A program made the position numbers and the translations under genes. A DNA stretch of 64,000 nucleotides. It comes from Vicugna vicugna. Taxonomy: Eukaryota. Below are positions 1 through 12,608 of this stretch, piece after piece; the first letter of the stretch is position 1; every line of letters begins with the position of its first letter. The notes beneath the pieces are model-generated. The model was given only the letters and a program-made list of their open reading frames with translations, was not told the origin of the DNA and made no database searches. Location: contig MU058059.1 in the NCBI GenBank assembly GCA_013265495.1, positions 3,015,502-3,079,501 on the forward strand. Reading direction: 5' to 3'.

Positions 1-387
1 TAACCACGAGTCGGATGGGACCAGCTCTCTTGGTTCAACGGTGTACACAAGAGGGTATGTAACTCATCATATCTCTGCACTGCAGCCGAAGCTGGGACAT
101 CTGAGGTCCTGCGGGGGCTCCTGACAGCCCCGACCCAGCTCCCGCTGGCCTCCTGCCCCACAGCTCCCCCAATGCTCCTGGGCCAGAGAGCACTTCTGTT
201 CAGCCTCCTGATCCCCGAGCCCACGGCAGCCTCAGCCCCTGCGGAGGGGTCCCAGGCTCTCCCACTAACCGTGCAGATTCCCGCCCACCTGGGATACAGC
301 CCAGCACCGGCCCCGCCTCGGTCACCGCGCTCCTGTCTCCTCCCTTACGCGTGACGGCAGGCCCACCGTGTCACCGTGTCCCCGCAG

Positions 388-555
388 GTGGCGGAGAACC
401 AGCAGCTGTTCTGCGCACTCAGGGCCCTGCTGGAGGACCTGCGCTCCGAGCTGCGGGAGGACGCGCGTGCCCGGTGGCGGCTGCAGCAACAGTATGCGCG
501 CGACAAGGCGGCCTGGGACGTGGAGTGGGCGGCGCTCACCTGCCGCCTGGAGCAG
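388..555 (+). CDS. MTCL1: MTCL1 internal coding exon (VAENQQLF...TCRLEQ), coiled-coil region
   Basis: Acceptor cccgcag|GTG at 387/388 and donor CAG|gtatga at 555/556; 168 nt, phase 0/0. Peptide resembles recalled human MTCL1 [27 protein letters not shown]...[18 protein letters not shown]. Confidence 0.93.
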
Positions 556-689
556 GTATGACCCCCGGGGGACGAGGCGGGCAGAGTCCCGGATCACAGG
601 GCCCCTAGCCGGGGACACCATCCCTGCCCAGGAGCGTTTCAGAAGCAGCATTTATCTTCCCATTCTGCCTTGAACAGAGCTGTCTATTT

Positions 690-1230
690 TTATTGTTCAA
701 TTTACTTAAACTAAAAACAGAAAGAGTTCACCCATTCCCAGTCCCCTTCTCCCCTGCAACCATCAATCTCTTCTGTGTATCTGTGAGCTTGGCTTCATCT
801 ATGTGTTTATTTTTAGATTCCACATACACATGAGATCTTACAATATTTCTTGCTCTGACTTACTTCACTTAGCATAACGCCCTCAAGGTCTATCCATCCA
901 TGTTGTAACAAATGGTGAAATTTCGTTCTCTTTCATGGCTGAGTAGTATTCCGTGGTGTATACACCACACTGTCCTTATCCGGCCATCCTACGATGAACA
1001 CTTGGGTTGCGTCTCTTCTTGACTACTGTAAACAATGCTGCAGTGAGCGTGGGGGTGGAGAGAAATACGTTTCCAAGGAAGTGTTTTCCTTTTCCTCAGA
1101 AAAGATGCTCTACATTATATTAATCATCAGGGAAATGCAAACCAAAACCACAGTGAGATGTCACCAGGCAGCTGCCGGAATGGCCCTTAGAAGCAAGACT
1201 GGAAATAGCAAAGTGTGGTGAGGACATGCG
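690..1230 (-). mobile_element. Old LINE-1 3' fragment (~690-1055, - strand) joined to an inverted ORF2-end piece (~1100-1230, + strand)
   Basis: L1 3' hallmarks ttttagattccacata..., tggctgagtagtattcc and aacaatgctgcagtga, then aatcatcagggaaatgcaaaccaaaaccacagtgagat in the opposite orientation. Confidence 0.75.
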
Positions 1231-3049
1231 GCGAAGAGAGGAGGCTATCTCGGGCTCCCCTGAAGCACGGCCGTCAGACAGACAGGAGCACGGGAGGAGC
1301 AGGCTGTGGTTCAGCTGCCCTTTCCACTGGATATCCCCAAAGACTAGAAAGAGCTTGTAGACCTCCCCACTGTGTCATGGAAATCTAATCAACGTCCTTA
1401 CTTACACCGTGGGAAACTGAGGCCCAGAGGAAGTAGTGGGCTCTGCTCTCTGAGCCTTTGGAGCGTGAGTGCAGCGGAGAGCGCGTCCCTGCCCCCACTG
1501 CCCTCGGCGCGACAGAGCAGAGCCTCACGGAGACTTCAGACCCTGGCTGCTTTCTCTCTGAAAATCTTTAAAAGCAGTGTCACTTCCTGCGTAGTGTCTG
1601 TTTGCCCAGATTGCTTCTGCTGGTTTCTTCCAGCCCCTTGATCGTGATGAGGGAGGAAAGGTCTGTGCATCTTTGATCATCTATTTTCTAGGCCCTTTTT
1701 TGAGGGAGACTGTAAAGTCATTAAAATTTCACGTGAATTGGCTCAGTCGGGAAAGAAAAAACTTGCCCAGAAAGGAGACATTTTCTAAATGGCCCTGATA
1801 CAAGATGAAAGGGCCTGTCGTGTCAAAGGAGGACAGCTCTCCCCTACCCGCAACCTCACGTGCATCGCCGTCTGGCCACAGGGGCAGTGCTGTCAGGACC
1901 ACGGCCCTGGGTGGAGCAGACGCACAGTGTCGCCTGCAGAAGCGGCAGCAGAGCCACAGCTAAACCAGAGCCCCGGGCCAGGCTGGTCAAACGATGTTAG
2001 GAATTCCATATCCTGGTTGGGGGGAGGCTCCTACTAGGTGCCGTTTACCTCAGTTCACAGCCTGAAGAGTCAGCAGTGGAGGAGACCTGAGTCAGGACGC
2101 TCTGATGAGCTGCCTCTAAACTCAGAGAAGTATGTTTGGGGGGACAAAGCTAAATATTTGCAGAGATGTAAGTGTAGCTAAAGAAAGGAGACAGAATCTT
2201 TGATGTGAGCCAGTTTCAAAACATTTCATCTTTGTTTTAGAGGAACCTGGTATCCACCCACATAGTTGCTACAAATAAAGCTTTGGGGAGAATCACTAAA
2301 CACCGAGAAATAAAGCTAGGACTTCAAACCCAGAAGCCAGAAGTGGTACTAAGTAAAGATTTCATCTTCTGCCCAAATTGTTTTAAGAGTTTGTCAAATA
2401 TTTGCAGCCCAGAAAACAACGAATGGGGGCTGATGCCGATTCATGTATAATAACTCCATCTTTACCCTTTTCTACTTATGTGCAAAACAGTTGAATTCTA
2501 CCAAAAAAGGAGTATTTTCCTTTCAGAGGTGGAGGCCATACTGGGTCATTTCCCAAATCTGGGATCCCTTCAACTGGCCCCTAAGTCAGACCTTGTTCCA
2601 ACTGCCCAGGAATCCCCAACAAATAAAGTCCTGCTTAGAATGAATCTCAGAGGATGAACAGGAGCGGGTGCATAGAAAGGGGAGAGGGTGTGTCAGACAA
2701 AAATAGCACGTCGAGCTGGGCACATCGGAGGGAAAAGAAGAACTGAAATATGAGTCCTGATTTTGTACTGGGAGTAAAGAATTTTGATTTGCATTTTAAA
2801 GAAGTTATTCTGGCCATCAAGGTAGAAAATGGATTAGAACCCATTAGGACTGAGTAGATTAACACATGTCCATGGATAGATTCAGGGATCTGCTGAACTA
2901 ACGCAGCAAAATGATTCCTCATCATGTTCACCAGTCTTGCACTAAAATGTATCATGTTGGACAACACGCAGCTACTCGCAGTTCCCCCTCCTGTCCTCGG
3001 TGCTGCTGGGGCACAGTTTACTCCTCTGTGTTCTGTGAACACAATACGT

Positions 3050-3530
3050 TGCAACTGTGTTTACTTTAGACACTCAGTAATATTTTAAAGCAACTAAAAA
3101 CTGGGGAAAGTGACTTTTATATTCAGTTATTTAGATCATTCCCAGTGTTCTTCATTTTTTGATCAAAGTGTGTGTTGGTGTCATGTTCCTTCTTACTGAA
3201 GACGTCCTCTATCATTTCTTGAAATGCAAGTCTTCTGGCAATAGTTTTTTGTTTGTTTTTTTAAAATTTTCTTTTGTTGAGAAAGTCATTTTCCCTTTAT
3301 TTTTGAAAGATGCTGCTGCTAAGTACAGAATTCTGTCAAGGCTGGCTTTCTCGCCCTTTAGCCCTTCCGAGGGGTGCTCCACTGTGCCCTGACCTGCGTG
3401 GTTTCTGAGCAGATGTCTGCTGTGTGCTCAGCATGTGCTGTCGTCCTGTCTGCCTCTACAGCTTCCTCTTTGGTTCTCAGCAGTTTGCATGGGATGCGCA
3501 GATGGGAGTTTCTGTTTGTCTGTCTGTTTT
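3050..3530 (-). mobile_element. Ancient LINE-1 (L1M-type) fragment
   Basis: Degenerate motif gaaagtcattttccctttatttttgaaagat...gtacagaattctg, typical of antisense old L1. Confidence 0.5.
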
Positions 3531-3868
3531 TGGTATTCAGCCTCCCGGGCATTTGACGTGCGTCTGTTGTAGACCACGCATTTCCATCGCTGCCCCATCA
3601 CTAGGCTCCACTGGGGACTGAGGATACAGGGACAGACACGGGCCTGCTCTCAGGGGCTGTGCAGCAGGATGGGAAGGAGGGCGAGGAGCACACAGACTCT
3701 GTCAGAGGTTCACCCTCAGGGCTTTAAAGATGAAACCTTTCCTCCATAAGATCAGTCGCATGTCGGCTTACACCCGCTCCAGGGCCAGCACCTGTGTGTG
3801 CAGGGCTGTGGGCCACCTCCTGATGTGCGGCTGCGGGGCTGTGTTTCTGAGTCTGCTGTCCTTGACAG

Positions 3869-4111
3869 AGCGACCTGAGCCTGGGGGACATGGGCGCCCC
3901 CGCCGACAGCAAAGAAGCTCTCCGGAAGGAGAGGGAGGCGCACCAGAAGCTGCTGGCGGACAGTCACGGGCTGGTCATGGACCTGCGCCAGCAGATGCAC
4001 CACAGCGAGAAGAACTGGAACCGGGAGAAGCTGGAGCTTCTTGAGCGGCTGGACCGGGAGCGGCAGGCGTGGGAGCGGCAGGAGGAGGAGCTGCGCTGGA
4101 CGATCCGGCAG
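3869..4111 (+). CDS. MTCL1: MTCL1 coding exon ([23 protein letters not shown]...WTIRQ)
   Basis: Acceptor ccttgacag|AGC and donor CAG|gtgagg; 243 nt, phase 0/0. Contains the MTCL1-like segment [27 protein letters not shown]. Confidence 0.9.
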
Positions 4112-7100
4112 GTGAGGGGGCGCGGGGGGACCACCGATCTGACCTGGGAGTCAAGTCAGGGCACTCAGGGCTCTGCCGCACCAGGCCGATTTCGGGGCCA
4201 CCAGAGGAAGAGGAGGACCTAGGGTTACCCGGGTCTTTTCATCACAGGTCTGTAGGGAACCACGCGCGTGCGCGCGGTGTGTGTATGGTCAGGGGTAGAG
4301 GATAACATTTTAAAGGAATTTAAAGACTAAACTTGAAAGATGAGGTTATTTCAGGTCTTAGAAATTGAATTCTGCTAGAAAGCAAACTAACTTTTAAGTG
4401 CACCACTAACAAAGTGGGCACGGTGACTGCTGCAGCTGGAACGGACCGTTAGTGAGGAAATTGCTGAGCTAAGTTGCAAGTCGGACTGTTTGCACCTGCC
4501 GTGGGTACTGCTGAGCTGTGATTAGACAGGACCATAGTCCGGGGAGGGAACTGGAAGTTTATCGTCTTGAACTACAAAAACAATTGAGAAACGCAGACGC
4601 GTTCTGGGAGAGGGAGCTTGTTTTTGCACAGCCCAGATAACTGTTCTCTGCGTTTCGTCGGACTCGGGACGACCTGCGTACCACAGCCTGCATGATGCAC
4701 AGATTAAATTCTCACATTAATGATGAAGGATTAGGATTCCGCCCTAGCGGGATTTTTACATAGGAATAATTTTATTTATCTCAGCCTGTCACACTTATAA
4801 ACTCATGAGGCCTCAAGGTAATGTCTCAATCACTAAGAAACTGAACTCAGGATAAGAACTTCATTACTGGTACAGATACCCACACTGCCTTCAGCTACAC
4901 AGGAGCCTTTTAGAAAAACGTGCTGTCATTCCCGGGACATGGTCCCTGTGTTCTGCATACTATTGGGGAGAGAGGGAAGAACTGAAAAAGACCAGGAGCC
5001 TTGAGCTCCGACACGCCTGGGAAAAAGCAAGTGCCCTGAAGCTGAAGAGGCACTGACGTCCTTCCTGGGTTCGGTGACTCACATGGTGAGTCACTGGACT
5101 GACGGGTGATATGGCTCATTTTAAAATTCCCCAAATTCTACTGAAGGAAAGTTGGCCACTTCCTGTTTGGCCTAAAAACATGGCACTTGAAAAGAATTTT
5201 CTGACCATTAGTTACTCCAGGCACCTCATTACCGGGCCAGCCCCCCACCGGGCTCCCTGCCCGGACCACTCACTGTCCCTCCTGTCCCTTGGGAAGGTCG
5301 TCGTCATCACCGTCCCCTCTGCCTGTGAGCTGTAGGCTTGCTGGTCTTGTCATGGCTTCATTTGGGAAGTCACATCTTCGGTAGAAGTTAAACAAGTCCT
5401 TTCGGGTTTTATTTTACTTTGGGAATGAAGAATGTCTAGTAGAGGAGAAATGAGGAAGACAACCGATGATGTTCAACTTTTGAAGAGTTAACACCCTAGA
5501 GACGAGCACCCGCCTCATTTTAAGACTGTTTTTGGGAAAAGTAAGAGCTGAACCCCATTTCCACATGGTCACTGCCACCCCAGCTGCATCCTCAGTCAAG
5601 GTTACCATCTTTGAGCAAAATGGATCTGACACACGAGTGTTCTGGACGTGCATCTGGTCCTGAAATCTGTATGGTGGATCCCACGGGGCTTTGTGCAGTG
5701 ATTTCACTGCTGTTTTTAGAAGGTTTGCTGTCAGTGAATGATGCTGCAGATATGCAGCTGTGCCTTCAAAAATAAATCCAGCCTTTCCCCCAAAATACTT
5801 GACACTTTAAAAATCACAGTACTGAATCCTGAAGATTAGGAAAAGCGGTTGTAGGCATTCTCTGTAAAGGAGGACGCTGGCTGAAGTGTGTACGGGTGTG
5901 TGTAGATTTTGCTGGTATCAGTTAGTGGGCTGTCAGTTCACTTCGCTCTCAGCCGCATGCCCCATAGGTAACAAGCGCGGTTGGCGGGCCCTCCTAGTAA
6001 CATGCGCCCTCGATGTCTGATTGCACGGTGGGCGTGTAACCTTCCCTGTGATGACCTCATGCAGACGGTGGGAGCGGTAACACTAAATCCATTTTCCACT
6101 TGCAGAACACATGCTTCATACTTGTCCTGTGTCACTGAATTCCTCCATAATTTGTGCCACACAAGGCATTTCAGATGACAAATGATTGTGGGAATGTGTG
6201 AGGTCAGGTGACACAGACCTGACTGGTGACAGTTAACTTCCTGGAGTCACACAGCACTTCTCTGTGGAATCGTTCTGTTCCCAGTGTACCTGCCAGGACC
6301 CTAGGACGTGTGCTGATTAGACTAAAGGGAAACTCAAACGTTGCTCCTTCCTCCAGTAACTCCCTTAGAGCAGTTACCTCTCCAGCCTGAAAGGCTGTTC
6401 TTTTAAAATCTGTGCACAAAGTCACCTTTTTCTTGTGACCAATTCAGGTAAGGTGACACTCTCAAGGGTTTACTGTTCCCTGTATTATTTGAAATGCAGA
6501 TCTTAAATGTGGCATCTGCATGACAAGTTGTTCTGCTGCGGGACTCTGAGCTCGGAGGCACTGACGTCTAGTCTGAAATGACTCCCGGGAAGCCCTGCCC
6601 ATCTGAGGCCCCATATTCTGTTACAGCAGCCCGTAGGCACCTTAGAAGCAGCTACCTCCAGCTCAAACCGCCATGGTTCATCTGTAGGGAATCTAAGGCT
6701 CACCAGCTATGGTGCGCACTGTTCCTGGCTGCCCGGGTTTATTCTGGAAACCCCGCTTTACTGAGTTAGAACGCTTGTTCGTAGCTCTTCTCTGTAGTCC
6801 CCCCTCCCACCCCCTCCATGTACACTGACAGCTTCACGTGTGATTCCTGCATTTTAATTCTCTGCCCAGAGTAGCTTGGAGATGATCACGTGTTGAAACT
6901 AAACTGCACTGACATGTATTAGATGAATGTAATAAGCTTTCCTTTTCATGCTTCCTCAAGGAAGCATTTAGCATCTTTAAGAGAACTGTGCTATGGGGGG
7001 TGGCAGGGCAGAGAGGGCTGAGCCAAACCCAGGATGACTTGCTTGTTCCTCATTTAGCTGTGAGCCTAACAGTTCAGCTCTGGCTGCTTCAGTCGCCACC

Positions 7101-8483
7101 TTCCTCATAAATGGAAGATCGCACTAGGAGTGAGTCAGAGTCTTCTGTCCCCGCACGGCTCTGTTCCTGGTTACACTGGCGGCGCCGACCCAGCCGATGG
7201 AGGGCGGCCCACGTTAGGACAGAGGTGTGGCTGCTGAAAGACGCTTCGTTGAAGCGGAAACCAAGGCGCTTCCAAGGGAGGCTGAGAACTTGCTGGCATC
7301 GTCTCAGCCTTGAGCACTGGAAGTCTTTCCCCTGCCACCCTGTGAGGACAAGGCCTGACGTCTGTTTAGTCATTCAGATAATTTACTTACTCAGAGGGCA
7401 GCCAGCACAGGTCACCCAGTAGGGGCCCATCACTGGTGCTGTCTGCTCCTGTTCTGGGAGGCAGGGAGGGGAGCCCCGGAGGGTCCAGGGGCAGCAGCCC
7501 CCAGGCTCCTCAGAGGATAGTGCACCGCCCCCCACGTGTGTCCCTGTGGTTTCACCCAAGCTCCTTCTTAAAGCCCCCCCCCCAGGTCTAGGTCTGGTTC
7601 TGGTTCTGTGAAGAGACAAGGCATTTATCCGGCCGAGGAACCGGGCAGGCCTGAGAGGAGTCGGCAGTGGTTCTGCCGACAGCGAGCCTCACCGGGCCAG
7701 CCCTGCAGCCCTCTCTGCTCCTATCTTACAGGTGGGGAGAGTGAGCTGCGCAGAGTCAGCAACCTGACACCTGCCTGGACCAGACACACAGGGGCTCCAG
7801 CTCAGGGCTGCAGACTTGGCCCTGGGATTGACCAAGTCAGGGAAAGTAGGGCTGTGAACAGCTATGTGGCTTGAGTTTTTGTTTCTTTCTCCAATTATCC
7901 TAGACCTTTAATTACCTCTATAGCTAAACTGTAATCCTGTCAGGCAGAGTGTAAGTTGTTTTCGACCCTTGCTGGTTATAGCCCCAGTAGCTCCTTCAGG
8001 ATCTGTACAGGACGCATCCCAAATGATGTGGAGACCGCACTGTTATTAGGAAACCTGGGTAGGAAAATCAGGCTCGCCCTCAGAAGTTTGCTATCACTGA
8101 CGGTTTTCCAAGTGTGCCTTAAATTCTGAAGGAAATTACAAAGAAAGGGAGTTCTAACTATGTCACTTGGCAATGTTAAGATCGAAAAAAAGGGAAACGT
8201 GCAATTTCCCACGAGCACAGTACTCAGAGTTAAACGCACAGTAACATACATGTTCTCATCAGGAGTTGGCCTGTGCGTGGTCAGTGCAGGTTGTCCCCGT
8301 CCAGATTTCTCTGTAAAGCATTTGTAATGTGTTATTTTTGAAATTATGGTCAGAACTCTAAGAACATTTACTTTTCACTGTCATGGATGAACCACATATG
8401 ATTCCAGATTTTGGAGAAACCATGATCTTAGGGGGCAACAGTAAACAATGAAGCTAATTGTTTCCATTTTGAAAACCCTCAAG

Positions 8484-8780
8484 TTGCAGAAAGAAAACAG
8501 TCCGTGGAGAGGCAGCAGTTTCCTCTGTGATCAGAACGAAGGTGACCTCAGCCCCCGTGCCCACCCAGGGGGGCCCCGGGCGCCCCGCCCCGCGGGGACC
8601 TGGCCCTGTGCGGACACCGACTCCACGCCCTTCCAAGACCGGCCGCTGGCCAAGCTGAAGGAATCAGACAGGTGCTCAGCCCGGGAGAACCTCTACCTGG
8701 ATGCCCTGTCCCTGGACGAGGAGCCAGAGGAGTCTCTGGCCCGCGGGCCGCAGAGGGAGCTCAGGACCTGCTTCCCCAAG
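8484..8780 (+). CDS. MTCL1: MTCL1 coding exon (LQKENSPWRGSSFLCDQ...ELRTCFPK)
   Basis: Acceptor ccctcaag|TTG and donor AAG|gtcagc; 297 nt, phase 0/0. KLKESDRCSA.ENLYLDALSLD matches recalled MTCL1. Confidence 0.92.
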
Positions 8781-9394
8781 GTCAGCCTGGGTCTGGGGTG
8801 CAGTTACCTGCGGCAGGACCGGGTGGGGTGCGGGGGCCGGGGCTTAATCCACCGCTGGGGAGTCTTGGTGAACAAGAGCAGCAGACGGGAGCGCCGCACA
8901 GGCTTTCCTGGTCACTTAGACTTAGGGGACCATGCCCTGTGAGCCCGTGTCACGGGGGCTGCACCTGCCCACTCGCTCAGCAGACAGGAGCTAGTTGGGC
9001 CGTGCTGTCCAAAGTGGGGGAATGGCCCTGAGTCTCGGGGGGTGGGCTCACCTGCCTTCTGCTGAGCCCCTGTACCAGCAGCAGTGACATCCCAGCATCC
9101 TGGACACGGCACACGTGCCCTCTCACAGCAGTGGAAGCGGACGGCCTGGGAGGCTGTCCCCTCCCCAGCTCCCTCGCTGACCTGTGCCAGGGGCCAGCCC
9201 TGTTACCTGGAAGGTTACCTCATGCGGACCCTTGCTCCCTAAGGACGGGTCCGCACGAGGATTTCCCAGGAGAACCATGTGTGCGTTGCTCTCTTAAGTG
9301 GCGGTCACTGTGCCTTTGCCTGGCTCCAGATGGCAATGTTTAAAACTAAGAGAGCTCTAACCATGGGTGTCACGCTGGCTGGTTTTTCTGCACT

Positions 9395-9570
9395 TCTTTT
9401 TCACTGAGGTATGGTTAGTGCACAGTGTGGATCAGCTCTACAACACAGCGATTCACAGTATTTAAAGGTTATGCTCCCTTTATAGTTAAGATACTGACAT
9501 AATCCCTATGCTGTACAGCGTATCTTTGTAGCTTATTTATTTCATACATAGCAGTCTGTACCTCTCACAC
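9395..9570 (-). mobile_element. Short L1 3'-end fragment
   Basis: ttttcactgaggtatggttag...acagcgattcacagtatttaaaggttat...ccctatgctgtacag; same family as the L1 3' end at ~58070. Confidence 0.65.
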
Positions 9571-9950
9571 CTTCTGCAACCAGGCTGAGGGGCGTCGGTC
9601 CCCTCCCTCACACAGACATATTCAGTCATCACAAGAGCAGCTTAGGAACTCAGGTAGTTAGTGATGTCCCCTGAGGAGCACAGGAGAGCCACTTTTTCTG
9701 TGACAGAGTTTATAGCCAAATTTTCTCACTCGTGTGGGCTGTCCCTGGACACAAGCTCTAACCCCTTGTTAACTGTGGGGATTCTGGTTTCATTTTTGTA
9801 CTTCAGAGGGGCAGAGGCACTCCTGACCCAAACTTGGCCTCCCTGTACACTTGAAGTGGTCTTTTCCTAAAAGCACAACGAATCACTTAGATACCTGAAG
9901 GCTCCCAGGCAACCAGTACTAATTCAGATGAACTTATTTCTTCCCTGTAG

Positions 9951-9982
9951 GAAGAAGACAATCATAAGGGAAATCTTCAAAG
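9951..9982 (+). CDS. MTCL1: MTCL1 32-nt coding exon (EEDNHKGNLQ-R)
   Basis: Strong acceptor ttatttcttccctgtag|GAA and donor AAG|gtaaga; phase 0/2, needed to join the frame to the next exon. Recalled human sequence is EEENHKGNLQR. Too short for the ORF track. Confidence 0.92.
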
Positions 9983-12608
9983 GTAAGATGGTAGACTACT
10001 GCAGTAATAACGTCTTGGCCTGAAAATTCCATCTTGTCACTGCAGTCTATTGTGACGCTTTCTTCAAAAATGACTTGGAGTAAAACTTCTGAATAGGTCA
10101 CTTTTATTAATTTCATATATATGGTATTTTTAATCGTTAGCAACAAAAAAGGCCAGAGCCCTGCTGTGTTGCTGTCATGGCAAGAGCTGTGTGGGTAGAG
10201 CTGTGTATTGTGCTTAAGGGAGGGTCATGTTAAATGGGTTTAGAAAGTCCATGGAAACCCCTCTCTAAAGTCTGGAAAAACTCCCTCTTGCTATGCTATG
10301 CGACATTCCTAGGAGGATTTATTGCACTACTTCCCGGCAGTATTCCTTGAAGTAAGTGAGCAGTGGATGTTAATAATCATATATTCTAGTGACCCGTCTG
10401 CACATGGCGGGATGTGTCTGAAAAGGCACAAAGCAGCCACTGAGTTTAAAATGTACACCTGAGTGGAAGTACAGAGCTTTCCCAGAGCACTGCACCGCGA
10501 CCACACACATGCTGCTTCTTGACAGATGATGACATGTACCGTTTCTGGGCGATTCACTAGTGTCTGATCTCCTCAGCCCTGGTTTTCCTGGGAACTGTCT
10601 CCTTGCCGTTCTGCCTTTTATCAGGTTCATCCCAAACCCAGCGCTGCCTCTGGTACGTCCGTCCCTCAAGCCCTGTCTCCTCTGGGCGTCTTTGGGCAGG
10701 ACAGGAGAGCCCATGGAGCTCAGGCTCCAGGGCCAAACGGCCTGGGTTCAGACCTGCTCCTGCCCTGAGTTACGTACCTGCTTTGCACAGAAGGCAGGCT
10801 TTTGTGCAGCTGATGTGGGAGGATACACATGAAACAGCACCCGGCCCAGGTGCCTCCCATCCCCACTCTTCCTTTCTGAGCAGGCCCCTCCCTGCACTGG
10901 AGCCATTGGTTATTTTTTTATCCTACTTGCTTGTGTTAATTTCAAAGGGCCACCATGCCCGTAAACAGTATCACAAGGTGCTGAGTGAGGAAAGTGCAGG
11001 CGCCCCCACCCCTTTGAACACTCTTGCTTCCAGCAGGGTCTGCTGTTCCCCCGTGCCTTCTGCTGTGCATCCTCACACGCCTGCACGTGTTTCAGGTGCA
11101 TCCTGGTTGCTGCTGCTGCTGTTTGGCTTCAGTCCCTGCTAAGGTTGATGCCTTTTCTCTGTTCGTCCATAGTCTCAGTTCCACGTCACCCACCCAGGCC
11201 CTTGAGGCAGATGGTCACCTCCCAGGTGACGCTGGATTAACCCTGGGAGGAGGTTGTGTGGGAGGACCAGGCCTGTGGTCTCTGAAGCACAGTCCCAGCC
11301 CCCAGCGAACAGGGCTCTGACCAGAGGCAAGAGGACAACTCTGCTTGCCTGGAGAGCTTAAGACCTAGTGACAGATCAACCACCCTCTCTGTTCCCTCCT
11401 ATTTCCAGTGCTGGTTTCCTGCCAGTCTTCTGTGATTCAGAGGGCCCCAGACAGCATGTAGAGGATGACCTTTGCCCCCAGTGGGAAATGACGAGCTGGG
11501 ATGTCTGCGGGCGTCACTCGCAGCTGGGTAGTGCAGCCTCTGCTCCGGGGGTGGGCGGGGTTGGTGAGAGCATCATCTGATGGCTGAGATGGTGAGGCTG
11601 CAGATGCCACCACTCCTCTGCCCCGGGGTGGGGTGATGAGCTGCCTGAGACTCCAGCAGCACCCCTAGTCCCATCTCAGATGGTGAGGCCCCTGCACCTC
11701 ACGCAGCACCTGCCAGGGCCTGTAGGAGGCTGTCAGACAGAAATATATGGAATTAGGGCACTGACATAGTGACGAACCTACGTCCCTGTGGTCCAGAATC
11801 CAGAACTGGCTGTGGCTTTAGCTCACCTACCCTGGCCCTTCCGTGGTCTTCTGCTGTACAGAAACACAGGAGGAGCGAGAGCCAGGAGGCGGCTCCACTG
11901 AAAGGGAAGCGCAGAGGGGAGGGGGCACTGGCCCTGCTGCTGGGCCTGGGCAGGGCGAGAGGGATTTCTGCTGGACAGGGTATGGAAATCTTTTGCCAGC
12001 CTGCTCCAGTCTTCCACTTCCCTCCTGCCTCCATCTTCCATTTGGCCTGCAGAAATCGATGGGCTTTAAGCCAGAAGAGGAGGCCGATGGGTGGAAAAGA
12101 CCTCTGATTACAATCATTTTGTTGGGGGTCTCTGTCCCCCACCCACCACCATTCCATTATGTGGTCCTGACCTGGGACCGTGATGTGTCCCTGACTGTAG
12201 CAGGAGCACCTGCTAAGGCCAGGAACTCAGGGAACTCCAGGAGCCTCAGGAGGGAAGGTACCCACAGCAGACGGAGAGACCAGGCCACAGCCAGGTTCCC
12301 CTCTGCCTCTGGAGCGTCCCCAGGTTGGACTAAACATCGCTGTGGGCATGGAGCCCCCCCATTCCACAGTACTGGAGGGTCAGCTGCATTGAATTCGGCC
12401 CAATCTAAGACTTCTGCAGCCATTCCAGAGCCATAGGGGGCTGTATGACAGCAGAGGGTCACCCAGGATGGAGAACATCAGGCTGCTGGAACGTCTCCTG
12501 ATTGTCCAGGGAGAGAGACAGGCACTGTGCGTGTGGGCAGACATGGCTGCCCTGGGTCTCTGGCCAGCAGCTGACGCCTTCTCTTCTCCTGTCCCCTCCC
12601 CTCCCCAG

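Noticed and set aside
4261..4286. Alternating purine-pyrimidine tract (possible Z-DNA)
   Set aside because: Short and interrupted; common microsatellite-like sequence with no supporting context.
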